Part shown: in pieces, positions 37,851-48,388 of the stretch | Numbering within the stretch: the first letter of the stretch is position 1 | Layout: each line of letters begins with the position of its first letter | NCBI RefSeq assembly: GCF_006345805.1 | Contig: NC_043000.1 | Coordinates: 138,384,001 to 138,448,000 of the forward strand | Direction: 5' to 3' | Length of the DNA stretch: 64,000 nt | Origin: Octopus sinensis | Lineage: Eukaryota | The notes under the pieces: model-generated | Told to the model about the DNA's origin: nothing | The model's database searches: none | Seen by the model: the letters and a program-made list of their open reading frames with translations, nothing else | Made by a program: the position numbers and the translations under genes

Positions 37851-38419
37851 AAAATAATTAATAACTATTGTAATGAACATGTCATGCCATGTGGAATAAA
37901 TTTTACTAACTGACTCCACAATGGTCCATTAATGTGGCGACTAGTGCAACAAGTTAGTGAATTTACTGGATTTTAACACACAAAACTTCCCTTTATTATT
38001 TCACTTTGTATACACATCAATTAATTTTTGACTTATTCTTGTTGTTTCAGTTGGTCTTCTGCCAGTTTATCAATTTAGTTTATTGAATGAAAACCCATTT
38101 CATATCTAGTACTGGAAGAATTCTTCCATTCTTACAATGCATTAAAAATGACATTCATTTTTCTGTTTCCTTTCTTAATATTAAGGAAGATGGCTTATAT
38201 AATGTGATGTACATTAAATAATGATGCATATGTATGCGTGTGCATGTATCTGAGTAGGAATAAAATTTTTCTTAATTTGTGTGCATGCATATGAGAGTAC
38301 CTATCAGAATGCGTTTTGCTCAAACAAATAAACTCTATATATAGACACACATGAACATATTTCCATGTGTGAGTATGTATGTAAAATTCAATGACATCTA
38401 TAGATGTGAGTATGCATAT

Positions 38420-38440
38420 ATGTGTGTGTGTATATATATA

Positions 38441-38504
<64 letters not shown>

Positions 38505-38820
38505 CATGCATGTATCTGTGTATGAATATGTGTGTGTATATGTGTGTGTGTATAGGGTATGATTTTGTGTTTACAGAAACTTATGTAGCTTCTCTGTGTA
38601 CATATATATTTAAAATTCAATGATGTGTGTCCGTATGTGTGAGCACATATATATATACACACGCACATACATACATACATATGTATATATATCTATATAT
38701 CTATATCTACATATATATATATATATATATATAGAAAGAGAGAGAGAGAGAGAGAGAGATATGTTCATATGTATCTATACACATACATATACATACACAT
38801 GTATATAGATACATACATGT
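38420..38820. repeat. Compound (TA)/(TG)/(GA) microsatellites
   Basis: Directly visible. Confidence 0.9.
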
Positions 38821-39200
38821 GAATGTAAGTATGGAGTACCGTAAAGCCCTTACACTATGTGTCGAAGGGTCTATACAAACTTGGTAATAGTGTAGATTAA
38901 TGATATTATAAAAATAGAGATATCACATTCTTCATAAGATTATTTCCAATTAAGATCATAAAGTAGTGTGTTATGCACAGAATTTGACAACTAACATAGT
39001 AAATCATATAAAAAAAATAATACAAACAATAAGAAAATATGAAGTAAGTACCAATATGACATTCTGTGTATGTACGCAAAGGTGTATGCACACATACATA
39101 CATCCATATATATACATACAAAACTAAATAACGACATACATACAAAAGTAAATAATGACATACATATGTACATACATACGTACATATATGTATGTATGTA

Positions 39201-39380
39201 TGACAACCGATGCTAGTGTGTTTATGTCCCCGTTACTTAGCGGTTCGGCAAAAGAGACCGATAGAATAAGTACAGAGCTTACAAAAGAATAAGTTCCAGG
39301 GTCGAGTTGCTCGATTAAAGGCGGTGCTCCAGCATAGCCGCAGTCAAATGACTGAAACAAGTAAAAGAGTAAAGAGTAGA
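39201..39380 (+). mobile_element. SINE family A tail half
   Basis: Consensus tail. Confidence 0.88.
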
Positions 39381-39384
39381 GTAT

Positions 39385-39865
39385 ACATACATACATACAT
39401 GGTGGCTGCCCCCTCGTTATCAAGTATGGCCATTGCACGAAGCTTAATCAATGTTGTTATCATGCAATGCCTATGCAAGAAGATTTTTTTTTAAAGTGAG
39501 GAAAGGCTGTGCACTGAGTCAATCCCACTCACTAAGCAACAGCAGCCATAATCCGAAAAGAAGAACAAGTCAACATCATCGGTAACCACTGAGCCGCAGG
39601 TTTTACGTCGGAGTTATTCCAGTTACCTGAGATACCTTCTCCTAGAAGGATGCCCTAACAAAGGCTAGGAGTCCTTCACTCCCAATGGTTTAACCGCATG
39701 ATCAGGTATTCAGTCCGATTATTTCTATGTCCCTGCGCATGATACAGCCTTAAGACATTTATTGGATGGCCGTTGACTCTCAAGAGTTCCTCCGCCCTTT
39801 GACGGGTTTTGTTTTTCATCCCGCAGGGTGTCCAATAAACACCCTCCTCACCAAGCAAACTTAAC
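39385..39865 (-). mobile_element. Non-autonomous RTE-related retroposon
   Basis: 3' 45 nt match the LINE end at 47118-47162 (44/45); (ATGT)n tail; RTE 5'UTR-like tctaggagaagg motif; no LINE-like ORF. Confidence 0.7.
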
Positions 39866-40039
39866 ATATGTACATGCATACATACATGCATACATACATA
39901 CATAGTTTACTGTTCCATTGAGGTAAGATTAACAAAAAAGTAATCCATGCTCTAAGAGATAAATATCATATTTTGTGCACTTATTCTTACTGTTAAATAT
40001 TAGAGTCTCTCTTCCTCTCTCGGTACACACACACATATA

Positions 40040-40372
40040 GGCACAATACTTTCAAGTGTTGGGTCTCACAGAGGCAATGACTTAGACATTTGGCATTACG
40101 TTGTGCTTGAAAAGAAGACCCATCAAGCCAAGCAAAATTGCAGTCATGGCAGATACTGGTGTCATGAAAATGGCACCCATGCCAGTGGTACATGCAAGAA
40201 CCCATTACACTCTTGGAGTGGTTGGCATTAGGAAGGGCATCCATTCATAGAAAATCATACCAAATCAGACTAGAACCTGGCGCAGCCTTCCAGCGTGCCA
40301 GCCCAGTCAAACCATCCAACTCATGCCAGCATGGACAACAAACATTAAGCGATGATGATGATGATGATGATT
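40040..40372 (+). mobile_element. Family-C retroposon with extended 5' region
   Basis: 5' ttgggtctcacagaggcaatgac segment shared with the 55505 copy. Confidence 0.8.
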
Positions 40373-40382
40373 TATATATATA

Positions 40383-40658
40383 CTAGCACTATGACCCGGC
40401 AACGACGGGTCTTTAATGCTAGTTATCTCTAATTTTTATTGTTAAAGTGAAAGTATCTAACATAAAATAGAGAGATGTTTTTGTTTCACTTTTAACATGT
40501 AATACTGAATGAAATAGTGGAGAAGATATGATATTGCTATGGGCTCACCCTAGGCAAGTGGTTGAAAATTTTTTTTGCCTATGAATCTACATGGACCCTA
40601 AGTAAGGCATGTGTAAAATTTGAATGAAATTGGTTGTGTAGTTCTCAACACAGTCTCA

Positions 40659-40670
<12 letters not shown>
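40383..40670 (-). mobile_element. Non-autonomous Helitron
   Basis: 3' hairpin gacccg/cgggtc (40393-40411) followed by CTAG|T on the minus strand; 5' end merges with (TA)n. Confidence 0.8.
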
Positions 40671-40689
<19 letters not shown>

Positions 40690-40700
<11 letters not shown>

Positions 40701-40881
40701 ACGGGAAAGTTTATGAAAATAAACAAAAGACGAAGGCAGGTGGAGTACAAACAAACAAATGTATTAGTATAGCGCTCAGGAATAGAAATAGAAAAAGTCT
40801 TTTACGTTTCGAGCCTACGCTCTTCGACAGAAAGATACACAGAAAAAAACAGAGAAACAAGGAGAGAAAAAAAAATATGTG

Positions 40882-40885
<4 letters not shown>
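40690..40885 (-). mobile_element. Penelope-like terminal repeat (pLTR) fragment
   Basis: Homologous to 47180-47370; carries a minimal hammerhead typical of PLE pLTRs. Confidence 0.7.
40798..40835 (-). ncRNA. Minimal type I hammerhead ribozyme motif
   Basis: UCUUU-CUGUCGA-A-GAGC GUAG GCUC-GAAA-CGUA-AAAGA: stem I 5 bp, stem II 4 bp, ACGU palindromic stem III, GUA site. Confidence 0.75.
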
Positions 40886-40921
<36 letters not shown>

Positions 40922-40949
40922 TGTATATATATATATATATTCATATATA

Positions 40950-41150
40950 GTTAATCAAAACATGAAAACACAAAGAGAAAACACAACAACGCAAGGACAT
41001 GGAACAAGTATAGTATTATTGGACGCTCAGGAAAGAAGGAAAGAAGGAGGGTTCAACGTTTTGAGCGGAGTTCTTCATCAGAAATATAGGAAGAGGAAAG
41101 ATCCAAAGAAGGGAAGACGGAGGAAAAAAAATCGCCAACGGTACACACAC
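40950..41150 (-). mobile_element. Second PLE pLTR-type fragment with a degenerate hammerhead (41051-41086)
   Basis: UUU-CUGAUGA-AGAAC UCC GCUC-AAAACGUU; shared gtattag/cgctcagga context. Confidence 0.6.
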
Positions 41151-41439
41151 GGTCACACACATATATATATACATACATATATACACATACATACATATGC
41201 ACACACATATATATTCACACTTATACATGCATACACACATATTTTTAAATATATCTTCATATCAATATATAAATAAACTATACTTAAGTAGAGTCAATAA
41301 ACATATTTATGCATTTATTCAATATATAAAAATGTATAAATATCTATTTCTCACTTTCTCTTTCTCTACATCTATCTGTTTATCTATCCATTTATACCTA
41401 CCTACGTTTCATAATCTTTTAATACCATGCCTTCAATAC

Positions 41440-41860
41440 TTACTCTTTACTCTTTTTTACTCTTTTACTTGTTTCAGTCATTTGACTGTGGCCATGCTGG
41501 AGCACCGCCTTTAGTCGAGCAACTCGACCCCGAGACTTATTCTTTGTAAGCCAAGTACTTATTCTATCGGTCTCTTTTTGCCGAACCGCTAAGTGACGGG
41601 GATGTAAACACGCCAGCATTGGTTGTCAAGCAATGCAAAGGGGACAAACACAGACACACAAACACACACACACACACATATATATATATACATATATACG
41701 ACAGGCTTCTTTCAGTTTCCGTCTACCAAATCCACTCACAAGGCATTAGTCGGCCCGGGGCTATAGCAGAAGACACTTGCCCAAGATGCCACGCAGTGGG
41801 ACTGAACCCGGAACCATGTGGTTGGTTAGCAAGCTACTTACCACACAGCCACTCCCGCGC
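41440..41860 (-). mobile_element. SINE family A, full length
   Basis: Consensus match. Confidence 0.93.
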
Positions 41861-42076
41861 TTAGAAGTTATTGGGACAGATTTTCTACAGTGAGATGCAT
41901 TTCCAGTTGCCAACACTAATTTGTTTCCAAGCAAGGTAATATTTATCAATGCCCACACATGGTTTTTCAGAATTTTGAAAATGAATGGCATTCATTTACA
42001 ACAAACATATGATGCCAAAACAACGTGACTGGGAGTGTACACACACATGCACACACACACACACACACACACACAC

Positions 42077-42108
<32 letters not shown>

Positions 42109-42134
42109 TAGTATACTATGGGTTTTTGCAGTTT

Positions 42135-42245
42135 ACTCTTTACTCTTTTACTTGCTTCAGTCATTTAACTGTGGCCATGCTGGAGCACTGCCTTTAGTCG
42201 AGCAAATCGATCCCAGGACTTATTCTTTGTAAGCCTAGTACTTAT
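42135..42245 (-). mobile_element. SINE family A tail fragment
   Basis: Consensus tail. Confidence 0.85.
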
Positions 42246-42690
42246 TCAAACAGAAAAGAAGTTACAAAAATAATGGACCAGATATTACAATTATAGATAA
42301 AGAAAAACTGAAGTTGCTTACTAATCAACCCATCATGCTTGTTTGATTCCAGGATCGTAAAGAAAGAGGAAGAAAAACATAGAAAATACAATCCTTTAGA
42401 ATTTGAAATAGGAAGAATTTGCAAACAGTAAGGGCCATGCCTATAATAATTGGTGTGTTGGGAACAGCACACCAAGACATTGACAAATGGCTGAAAGAAA
42501 TTGGAATAGAATACCCAGTAGAGCTCCTACAGAAAGTTTCTCTTAGCGCCAGCAAGGATTATCAGGTGGGTTCTAAGCACTTAAAAGGCTGCTAAAAATG
42601 TGTGGATACTTAAGGTTACAGGTAGCAGCCTGCTACTCACAAAAGTCCGATCAAGAATAAGACTAAACCTGAGATTTGTTTCTGTAATAA
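42245..42690 (+). mobile_element. REL-endonuclease LINE 3' end with (AAT)n tail
   Basis: IQTEKKLQ..PDITIIDKEK...KKEEEKHRKYNPLEFEI...PIIIGVLG...WLKEIGI...LLQK. Confidence 0.85.
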
Positions 42691-42899
42691 TAATAATAAT
42701 AATAATAAAAATAATAATAACAATAATAATAATAATAATATAATAACAATAACAATATAATAACAATAACAATAATAATAATAATAACTGCTCATATCCT
42801 ACGCAAAATATTCTCTATGTAATCCCAAGGTTTAAAACGAACTTTTTATTTATTTTTTAAATTTTATTTTATTTATTTTTAAAAAAATTTTTATGTATT

Positions 42900-43030
42900 A
42901 GACATTCACCAGTACAACACCCGCCCCCAAATATATGGCACAGAACTTCCAACCTGTTGTCTCTTGAGGTCTCTGGGTGAGACTTGGAGCCAACTTGTAC
43001 AAACATAAAGCAAAAGTCAAACAGAATAAT
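42900..43030 (+). mobile_element. Probable LINE 3'UTR fragment ending in (AAT)n
   Basis: ctcttgaggtctctgggtgagacttgg...aaagtcaaacag(aat)n; structure analogous to the REL-LINE UTRs nearby. Confidence 0.45.
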
Positions 43031-43052
43031 AATAATAATAATAATAATAATG

Positions 43053-43089
<37 letters not shown>

Positions 43090-43109
43090 TGAGGATGATG
43101 ATGATGATG

Positions 43110-43478
43110 CTGGATCACATATAGCATGCCCAGTTGACAACAGAGTATGTCATAAGGAAGAAAGAAAAGTCGATAGATATGACAGTTTAGCTTGTGAGGT
43201 TAAGGAGTTGTGGTTAATGTAAAAGGTGGTAGTAGTACCAATAATTACCAGAGCCCTGGGAACAGTGAGTAAAAGTCTTGAGAAGTGCATGGAATAAACA
43301 GGAGCTGCAATATGGATGAAGCACTTGCAGAAAACAGCACTGCTTGGAATCACTTGAATACACCAGATGGTGCCCGAAAAATAAGGGGGTGTTACCTTAG
43401 TTCAATGATAGTGAATAGCTGACACTGTAGTACATCTCCAGCGTTAGAAGCTGTCCAAAGACAATAAATAATAATAAC

Positions 43479-43515
<37 letters not shown>
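43110..43515 (+). mobile_element. REL-endonuclease LINE 3' end with (AAT)n tail
   Basis: IACPVDNRVCHKEERKVDRYDSLACEVKELW...VVVVPIITRALGTVSKSLEK...LQKTALLG. Confidence 0.88.
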
Positions 43516-43534
<19 letters not shown>

Positions 43535-43859
43535 TGATTGAGCATGTTCCTTTGTGGTTGAGGATATGTGCATCTTTGATCATGAGCAGGAGTAGTGGAA
43601 GAGCAGGATAGACATGTGATGAAGGGAATTCTTTCGGGTTTGAATAATTCACCTTTGGAAACATTTTCAAACGTACCTTAATCAAGGACCTTTTGAACAG
43701 GATGGGCTACTTGACCTGAAGAAAATTCTAGCTGGGCTCCACCTGCAAGGTCAAGCACAGTTTATCCTGATATGATATCATCATGTTGCACACATATCAT
43801 TCTGGAATCAGTTCCGCAAACATGGGATAAATTTGATCAGATAAAATGCTTAAATAGTC

Positions 43860-44702
43860 TTGACTATTAATTCTGCCATGAAGGGAAACTATTGGGCCAG
43901 TGGATTTCCAAGATATAGCCCCCCCCCCCCCCCACAACCCAGATCATCACAGATTCTTCTCCATGTTTAACAGTTGGAAGAAGGCAGTCTGGGTCGGCTG
44001 TCTCCATATGTATACTCAGCTGGTGATCAGAAATAAGGTAAAAGATAACTTGTCCAAGAAAATAACATTCTTCCACTACCCTAGGGACCAATTGTAAAGG
44101 TTTTTACTCCACTCTAAATGCTTTGCAACGTTTGTTTTTGAAAGTAATGTTTTTTCTGATTGCAGCCCTTCCATGAAATCCAGCTTTGTGCAGTTCTCAG
44201 CAAACAGTTTTTGTGGAAACTGGGTTCTTGAGGTGGTCATTAAGCTCCGCAGTAATTTTGGGAGTTGAACATTTGTGATCTTTTCTAATAATTCATGTAA
44301 GAGTCCGACAGTCCCTATCTGGAACTTTTGGTTTTCTTTTCCAGAGTTTTGTTTCAATGTGGATGTTTTTCCCTCTTTCTCAGACGCTGTCATTACTTTT
44401 GAGAGAGTACTTCTTGATACACCAAACATTTCGACTATTTTCATTATGCTAGCACCTGCTATATGAGCACCAACAATTTGACCTTTTTGAAAGTCCAATA
44501 GATCTGTCATTTTTATGAATTTTAATTACCTTTTTCTAAGGATATCTGAAAAGAAACAGTAATTTTAGCAAAGCATATTAAACAACATTAATAATAAATA
44601 AAAAAACAACATAAAAATATACAAGCTTTTGACACTTTTATAGATATTTCAAAATTATGATGCTATGATGCTAGGTGTTTCCCTTATTTAGTCCAACTCC
44701 TG
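43860..44702 (-). mobile_element. Tc1-family transposon, 3'-truncated, with frameshifted transposase
   Basis: TA|CAGGAGTTGGAC left TIR at 44702. ORF from 44510: MTDLLDFQKGQIVGAHIAGAS...GVSRSTLSKV (paired-like HTH), ITAELN...STKTV.RELHKAGFHGR, LLPTVKHG..SVMIW. Confidence 0.9.
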
Positions 44703-44719
44703 TATATATATATATATAT

Positions 44720-44940
44720 ATATGCATGCTTATGTACCTGTGTTTGTTCTCCCACCATCACTTGACAACCAATGTTGGTGATTTTACATCCCCCGTAGCT
44801 TGCAGTTTGGCAAAAGAAATGATAGAATAAGTACTATGCTTACAAAGAGTAAGTCCTAGCATCGATTTGTTCGACTAGAAGGCAGTGATCCAGCATGGTC
44901 GCAGTCAAATGACTGAAACAAATAAGAGAATAAAGGAAAA
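44720..44940 (+). mobile_element. SINE family A tail half
   Basis: Consensus tail. Confidence 0.8.
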
Positions 44941-45354
44941 GAACACATTCATATTAAACATTACAAGTAATTTAAGCATTGTTCAGATTTCATTGTTGTT
45001 ATTGATGTCATTATAATTATCTGGAGATTTTTATTGAATCATAAAAATGGATCAAACAGATTAAATAAGTGTATAGGGTGAGATTTATGGATCAAGATGA
45101 ATTAGTAATTTTATTCATTTCAAGTTTAACGAAGCTTGCTTTCTACAGAAAGCTTTGTTGTCTATTGTCAGTTGATTTAAAGTATAACATTATTCTACTC
45201 ACAGCCAATTGTGTTTATTGCTTTTAACCATATTTTAAAACTACAAATATCAGAGCCAATGAAGAAACATCTCTGTGGTTGCTCAGTCTCCTAGAAATAC
45301 CAGCCAAATCTACCCCCTTCAAACAGCTATCATTTAAAAAAAGGAGGGGTACAT

Positions 45355-45700
45355 CATCAGCATCATCATCATCATCATCGTTTAACATCCGTTTTCCGTG
45401 CTAGCATGGGTTGGACGGTTTGACTGGGGTTTGGGAGCCAGGAGGCTGCACCAGGCTTCAGTCTGATCTGGCAGTGTTTCTACAGCTGGATGCCCTTCCT
45501 AACGCCAACCACTCCATGAGTGTAGTAGGTGCTTTCTACATGCCACCGGCACAGGTGCCATGCGAGGCTGGCAATGGCCACAATCAGTTGGTGCTTTTTA
45601 CATGCCACCGACATGGAGGCCAGTCCAGGCAGCGCTGGCAATGGGCACGTTCGGGATGGATCTTTTAACGTGCGACCAGCACTGGTATCACAACTACAAT
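45355..45700 (-). mobile_element. Family-C retroposon
   Basis: Consensus match with internal repeats. Confidence 0.88.
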
Positions 45701-45992
45701 TTCTATATAGTGTTCAAGTCATATAATTTCTGGTAGATTGATGTGATGGTCATGGTAGGAACACCTTTCCTCACGTGTCTACTCAATCAGAACTAACATG
45801 AGATATAACAAGATCAACAACTGTGGATATCACATAATACAGGTAAATCCCAGCTGAATCAAGATTGTAAGATGGGTTCAATCTATAGCAGGGTCAATTC
45901 ATTTAATTTCTTTTACATACAGCAATTCCTATAACTGAAATCAGCCAGGAAACTTACCCTCAACTCACCAGTTGAGACAATGACATCAAAGG

Positions 45993-46194
45993 CCTAACAT
46001 CATAGCATCATAATTTTGAAATAACTATAATGTTTTTTGATTTGTTATTAGTGTTGTTTAATATGCTTTGCTAAAATGAATTACTGTTTCTTTTCAGATA
46101 TCATCAGAAAAAAGTAATTAAAATTCATTAAGATGACAGATCTATTGGTCAAATTGTTGGTGCTCGTATGGCAGTTGCTAGCATAATGAAAATA
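45993..46194 (+). mobile_element. Second Tc1 5' fragment (inverted homolog of 44430-44676)
   Basis: catcatagcatcataattttgaaata...atgacagatctattgg..tcaaattgttggtgctc, with two internal deletions. Confidence 0.85.
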
Positions 46195-46816
46195 TTGGTC
46201 AATCAAAAGTCTTAGATGTTTTTTTAGGTGTATTCTGTAAAATAACAACAGAGAAAGGTCAATCTTTCAATAAATCTTCAGAATGGGCAGAAGCAATGCT
46301 TAGAGATAGAAGGAGAGATAAATATGCTCCTGGATAGAATGCACATGCATTTCAATTAACTCTCCAGGAATCAATTGATAACTGTGTATAAAGGTAAGGT
46401 AAATGGAAGAAATGTAAAAGCAAAATTCCTGCCATGTCAATGGAATGTATCAGATATGAACTGCGAAAGTATGCCATTTACTTACATACAATACATACTT
46501 GCAAATATACATGTATGTATGCATTGCATGTATGTGTGTGTATGTATGCATTGCATGTATGTGTATGTGAGTGGGTGTATGTATGTTATTCAGTTTTATT
46601 TTTTAAATTTCTTGCCAAAACATGAAAGAACCTAGATCCAAGATTCCTTCATTGGAATTTTAACAATGTCAACAAGGTATACTCAAATGCTAAAGTTTTA
46701 CAGATCCATTGATGGATTGAAACTGTAGTATGCATGCATGTATGTATGTATGTATGTATGTATGTATGTATGTATGTATGTATGCATGCATGCATGCATG
46801 TATGTATGTATGTATG

Positions 46817-47180
46817 TATGTGCAAGACCCTGCCTCAGTAAAGCTGGACTCATGAGTCATCTTCGTAGTCATAAACCGATACAGATGAGTGACAACCTGG
46901 CCACTAGTGGTGGTGTAACACTAATCATATCTGCCGAGCATGTTGAAGAGAGTGTAATTCGGAAGGAGGACTTAAATGACATGCAAAGGTACATGAAGCC
47001 CAGTGACAACTACAGCCAGCTATTACCAGTAAAGGTTTTAGTTGCCAACTTTGTACAAAACATTGTAGATCTTTAGCTGGACTAAAAAGTCACATTCGAT
47101 CACAGCACCAGTAACAGTTAAGCTTCGTGCAATGGCCATACTCGATAACGAGGGGGCAGCCATAATGTATGTATGTATGT
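46817..47180 (+). mobile_element. RTE-like LINE 3' end encoding three C2H2 zinc fingers
   Basis: VCARPCLSKAGLMSHLRSH / HICRAC*RECNSEGGLK*HAKVH / FSCQLCTKHCRSLAGLKSHIRSQH*; short UTR; (ATGT)n on both sides. Confidence 0.7.
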
Positions 47181-47370
47181 AGGGAGAAGTCACAAAAATA
47201 CAAAAGATGAAGACAGGTGGTGTAGAAAACAAACAGATGTATTAGTATAACGCTCCGGAAGTGGAGAGAGTCTTTAACGTTTCGAGCCTATGCTCTTCCA
47301 CAGAAAGGATCACAGAAAGAAACAAGAAGAGAAAAAAAAATGTGTCTAGTGGCCAGCGATCTATCATGGC
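47180..47370 (-). mobile_element. PLE pLTR fragment with hammerhead at 47271-47308
   Basis: CUUU-CUGUGGA-A-GAGC AUAG GCUC-GAAA-CGUU-AAAG. Confidence 0.7.
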
Positions 47371-47374
47371 GAAT

Positions 47375-47538
47375 GTATGTATGTATGTGTTTTCCTCTGA
47401 GTTTTATTTAAGTTCTTAAGAAAACTCAAGCCAGTCACAAACAAGGCAATAAGACCTTTTGAGTTGAGAGAACTCCTTGTGTTTGTAGATACGTGGCGGA
47501 GATGCTGTGTTGGTTGAACATTCACTGCATATGCCCAA
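47375..47538 (-). mobile_element. Probable LINE 3' end with (TACA)n tail, clade unassigned
   Basis: ICSECSTNTASPPRIYKHKEFSQLKRSYCLVCDWLEFS*, then aataaaa and catacatacat. Confidence 0.4.
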
Positions 47539-47539
47539 G

Positions 47540-47900
47540 TCATCATCATCATCATCATCGTTTAACGTCCGTTCTCCGTGCTAGCATGGGTTGGATGGTT
47601 CGACCTGGATCTGGGAAGTCAGGAGGCTGCACCAGTCTCCAGTCTGATCTGGCAGTGTTTCTACAGCTGGATGCCCTTCCTAACGCCAACCACTCCGTGA
47701 GTGTAGTGGATGCTTTTTACGTGCCACCTGCACAGGTGCCAGGGGAGGCTGGCAGTGGCCATGATCAGTTGGTGCTTTTTACGTACCACCGGCACAGAAG
47801 CCAGTCTAGGTGGCGCTGGCATCAGCCACGTTCAGACGGTGCTTTTTACAGGTATGTTGATGTACTTGACTCAATAGGTCTCCTCATATTCACATAAGAA
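47540..47900 (-). mobile_element. Family-C retroposon
   Basis: Consensus match. Confidence 0.88.
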
Positions 47901-47904
47901 TCTC

Positions 47905-48357
47905 AGATATATATGTGCGTGTGTGTGTGTGCATGTGTGCATGTGTGTATGTGTGTATGTGTGTGTGTGTGTGTGTGCATGTGTGCATGTGTGCATGTGT
48001 GTATGTGTGTATGTGTGTGTGTGGTGTGCATGTGTGCATGTGTGCATGGTGTATGTGTGTGTGTGTGTGGTGTGTGTGTGTGTGTGCATGTGTGCATGTG
48101 TGCATGTGTGTATGTGTGTATGTGTGTGTGTGTGTGTGCATGTGTGCATGTGTGTATGTGTGTATGTGTGTGTGTGTGTGTGTGCATGTGTGCATGTGTG
48201 CATGTGTGTATGTGTGTATGTGTGTGTGTGTGTGTGCATGTGTGCATGTGTGCATGTGTGTATGTGTGTATGTGTGTATGTGTGTGCATGTGTGCATGTG
48301 TGCATGTGTGTATGTGTGTATGTGTGTATGTGTGTGCATGTGTGCATGTGTGCATGT

Positions 48358-48388
<31 letters not shown>

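Noticed and set aside
38851-38894. TA-CACTAT...ATAGTG-TA micro-MITE
   Set aside because: An 8-bp inverted repeat is expected by chance in 64 kb.
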